NCBI GenBank assembly: GCA_963713615.1
Contig: CAVQMM010000001.1
Coordinates: 896,001 to 960,000 of the forward strand
Direction: 5' to 3'
Length of the DNA stretch: 64,000 bases
DNA from: an uncultured Chlamydiae bacterium
GTDB lineage: Bacteria; Chlamydiota; Chlamydiia; Chlamydiales; JAJFMA01
Positions within the stretch are counted from its first letter, which is position 1; each line of letters starts with the position of its first letter. The position numbers and the translations under genes are program-made. Positions 61,706 through 64,000 of the stretch are shown piece by piece. The notes beneath the pieces were generated by a model. It ran no database searches. It was given only the letters and a program-made list of their open reading frames with translations, and had not been told where the DNA came from.

Positions 61706-62446
61706 ATGAACTATCTAATTTTGGGACTTGGAACCGGCATCGGATCCTATGCCCTAGAGCGATTTGTAAATCCCGCTCAGTCCCCCAAAACAGCGGCATT
61801 GGTCTCCGTCCTCAACGCAGCTGCAGTTGTAATCATATCACCTTGGTTCCTCCCGGGGATTTCATCACCGCCGTTGGGGCCTGTCGTGCCATTAAGCGGG
61901 TCCGTTCATGCTGATATGGCCGAGGTGTGCAATTCATATTTAAATGGAAATTACGACAATGCAGGGTTCATGCCGGACGGACTGAAGTGTTGTGAAGATC
62001 GCATATGTGAGGAAGCGTTCGAGTTTTGTATGACTGGCGCAAATGCGTGTTGTGAGCTTGTGCTTCGTGGATACGAGTTGATGCCCGAGCTACCCCATAT
62101 TAGTAAATATGAGGAAATGCCCGAGGCGCTCAAGTGTTGTAAGACTGGCATAGACGCATGTTGCGACTTTGTTATCAGTGTGTCCCAGTGTTTTTTGAAT
62201 GCTCCTATAGACTCTTTCTGTTCAGCAATCCGCGCGGAGACCTGCACGCTTTCAGCTTTTACTGATTTTATTCCAGCAGGTATGGCAAATGCATGGAATG
62301 GCCTAAGCGCCTGTTTTACCGGTGGAGATCTAGATGGCTACCTTCTACATAACCGTATTTTTGAGTGTTTTTCTAGCAATCACAATATTGCAACTGGCGC
62401 GATGGACATCAAAGGGGCTCTGACATGCGTGAATGCGATAACTTAG
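61706..62446 (+). CDS. Cysteine-rich hypothetical protein with hydrophobic N-terminus
   Basis: 17 Cys by my count; internal repeat MP..LKCC and C.TG..ACC..V; RBS aagga. Confidence 0.7.
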   Translation: MNYLILGLGTGIGSYALERFVNPAQSPKTAALVSVLNAAAVVIISPWFLPGISSPPLGPVVPLSGSVHADMAEVCNSYLNGNYDNAGFMPDGLKCCEDRICEEAFEFCMTGANACCELVLRGYELMPELPHISKYEEMPEALKCCKTGIDACCDFVISVSQCFLNAPIDSFCSAIRAETCTLSAFTDFIPAGMANAWNGLSACFTGGDLDGYLLHNRIFECFSSNHNIATGAMDIKGALTCVNAIT

Positions 62447-62552
62447 GCTTTCTACTGCTCAGAATTGGGGACAGGCATAGTCCATCTGGTCCATTAAGTC
62501 CATGGTGTCCATTGCATCCTCAGTTTTTACGAACCATTTATACAGAGGTGCC

Positions 62553-62630
62553 TTAGAACGCTGAATGTCTTTTCAGCAGGGTCAAGGCCTCTTGCATCTT
62601 GTGTGCGGCACGGCGCTGCTGAAAGATCAA
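62553..62630 (-). pseudogene. Orphan 3' gene fragment, copy 2
   Basis: Same peptide as 61383-61460; preceded by in-frame TAA where copy 1 has CAA. Confidence 0.6.
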
Positions 62631-62849
62631 TTACGCTAGGATTCCCTTGAAACTTGAGATACACATCCGAGCTTCGGGGGATTGGCACAGCCCAACGCCA
62701 TCTGAGCGTCAGGGCTCATCATCCCCCCTGTATGGTCCTTTCGGCACGATCTTTTCTTGCATTGTCGGCTCTGTGACAAAATAAATCATCGTCACGATGG
62801 CGATGCAGATAACTACATTCATAAAAGCTTGGTCACTTGAGCTTTGTAA

Positions 62850-63122
62850 TCAGGAGGAACCAGGCGGGGAATAGTCACTTCTTCTTCTGCTGGGCTCGAA
62901 GTCTTGAAAAAAAACTGCGATGGATTCGGGAAGGGCCAGTTTGTCCGCAAGGGGTAGACCCCCAAATTCCTTTTTTGCCAGGTTCAAAAGATCTTGATTG
63001 GAGGATTCTACGGCTCTTAAAAAATTTCTTATAAAAACTTTACTCTCCGGGGACATGTCCTGAGATGGCTTTAGGGTGTTCCACTGAACAAGTTTAAAAT
63101 GTTCGGAATAGGGCAGTATCAT
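62850..63122 (-). CDS. Small hypothetical protein coupled to the kinase-like gene
   Basis: ATG at 63122 overlaps the upstream TGA (ATGA). Confidence 0.5.
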   Translation of the reverse strand: MILPYSEHFKLVQWNTLKPSQDMSPESKVFIRNFLRAVESSNQDLLNLAKKEFGGLPLADKLALPESIAVFFQDFEPSRRRSDYSPPGSS

Positions 63123-64000
63123 AAAATCTCCTGCTTGATACGCAAACAAAATTGTAGCATTTCCTTTGTTACCTGACAATAAGGATTGTCTGAATCTGTT
63201 TTAAGATCTAAATCCCTGAAAATTTGAGAAGTATCGGCAACTGCGAGCTTTGTCATAGCTCGGTCATATCCCTTTCCGAAACACTCTTTTACTAACAATT
63301 CGTTCAAAAAGATTGATTCGGCATTAGCGGCTATATCCTTAGGCGTATAGCTTTTGATACTTTTTAGATAACCATCTGCCAGAATTTGAATAAATTCTTC
63401 TTTATTTTCTGCACTAGTATAATAAGAAAAAGCCTCGGCAAAAGAGGATGGGGTATTATCGGCTCTATCGGCATGAAGGACACATGGAACATCCATGGGT
63501 ATGTCATCTTCCACGTCATCTCTGTCGTTGCTGGATCCGTTGCCAAACAGGCCAAATAAAGATTGAGACTCTTCGTCAGATTCCGTGTCAAAACGTGCCA
63601 CCTTAGGTTTTAACCTAGCTGATGTTGCATTATCAATTGAATATGTTTCAACCAATTCATGTTTAGCATCTTCCGTCCATTTCAGCTTAAACATAATATT
63701 ACCATAGTTGCAAAAACTTTGAATTCGCCTTGGATTGGTCTCTTGATTCCTAAAGAATCTATCATCATTTCCTATTAATAGGTCGAAAACGGCAATTTCT
63801 CCCATATCGGCGAGTAGGTTTTTAAAGGATTCGTCTGTTAGGTTGAAAAAGGATTGCAGTTTTAGCATAGAGTTGAAATCGGCACCTTCAAAAGCAAACA
63901 TAAAGACTAATTCGCCATTATCCCCTAATTCGGATCGATGCATAGCTCTCATTAAGTCTCTACCTGTGCTACGTGCAGAGATTAATTCTGAACCAACAAA
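63119..64000 (-). CDS. Atypical kinase-like protein (actin-fragmin kinase / PI3-4-kinase-like), 5' end outside window
   Basis: FDLLIGNDDRF...NYGNIMF...SIDN; frame open to the window edge. Confidence 0.65.
   Translation of the reverse strand, partial: FVGSELISARSTGRDLMRAMHRSELGDNGELVFMFAFEGADFNSMLKLQSFFNLTDESFKNLLADMGEIAVFDLLIGNDDRFFRNQETNPRRIQSFCNYGNIMFKLKWTEDAKHELVETYSIDNATSARLKPKVARFDTESDEESQSLFGLFGNGSSNDRDDVEDDIPMDVPCVLHADRADNTPSSFAEAFSYYTSAENKEEFIQILADGYLKSIKSYTPKDIAANAESIFLNELLVKECFGKGYDRAMTKLAVADTSQIFRDLDLKTDSDNPYCQVTKEMLQFCLRIKQEIL

Noticed and set aside
62620..62760. 6S-like structured RNA
   Set aside because: A central hairpin exists, but the closing stems are asymmetric and strand-ambiguous, and the adjoining repeat shows protein-type synonymous divergence; more likely decayed coding sequence.

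Overview
Chromosomal window of an environmental Chlamydiae bacterium. The call rests on Chlamydia-like gene order: acpP-fabG-fabD-fabH / recR-bamA-skp-lpxD, smpB / dnaN-recF plus a conserved hypothetical gene, and glgX-queA-SpoIID-like-ruvB. Accessory genes include hutU/hutI/hutG, ada, an RND efflux operon, bshC, an AAA/DUF4143-type ATPase and several effector-like genes (F-box, atypical kinase-like, Cys-rich). Four things stand out. (1) Two paralogous three-gene cassettes (26.6-29.5 kb and 31.6-34.6 kb) each look like a Bsp22/EspA-type T3SS tip or filament protein followed by two hydrophobic translocators. (2) A group II intron with an atypical domain V is inserted exactly into a REP-like palindrome and is itself interrupted by a tRNA-Tyr-type integrative remnant carrying a HicAB-like pair. 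(3) Palindromic repeats and MITEs are nested up to six layers deep, including an IS231-like MITE with 11-bp target duplications and an IS66. (4) An orphan 25-codon gene tail is present twice and differs only at synonymous sites. All family assignments come from motif recognition by eye; no database searches were run.
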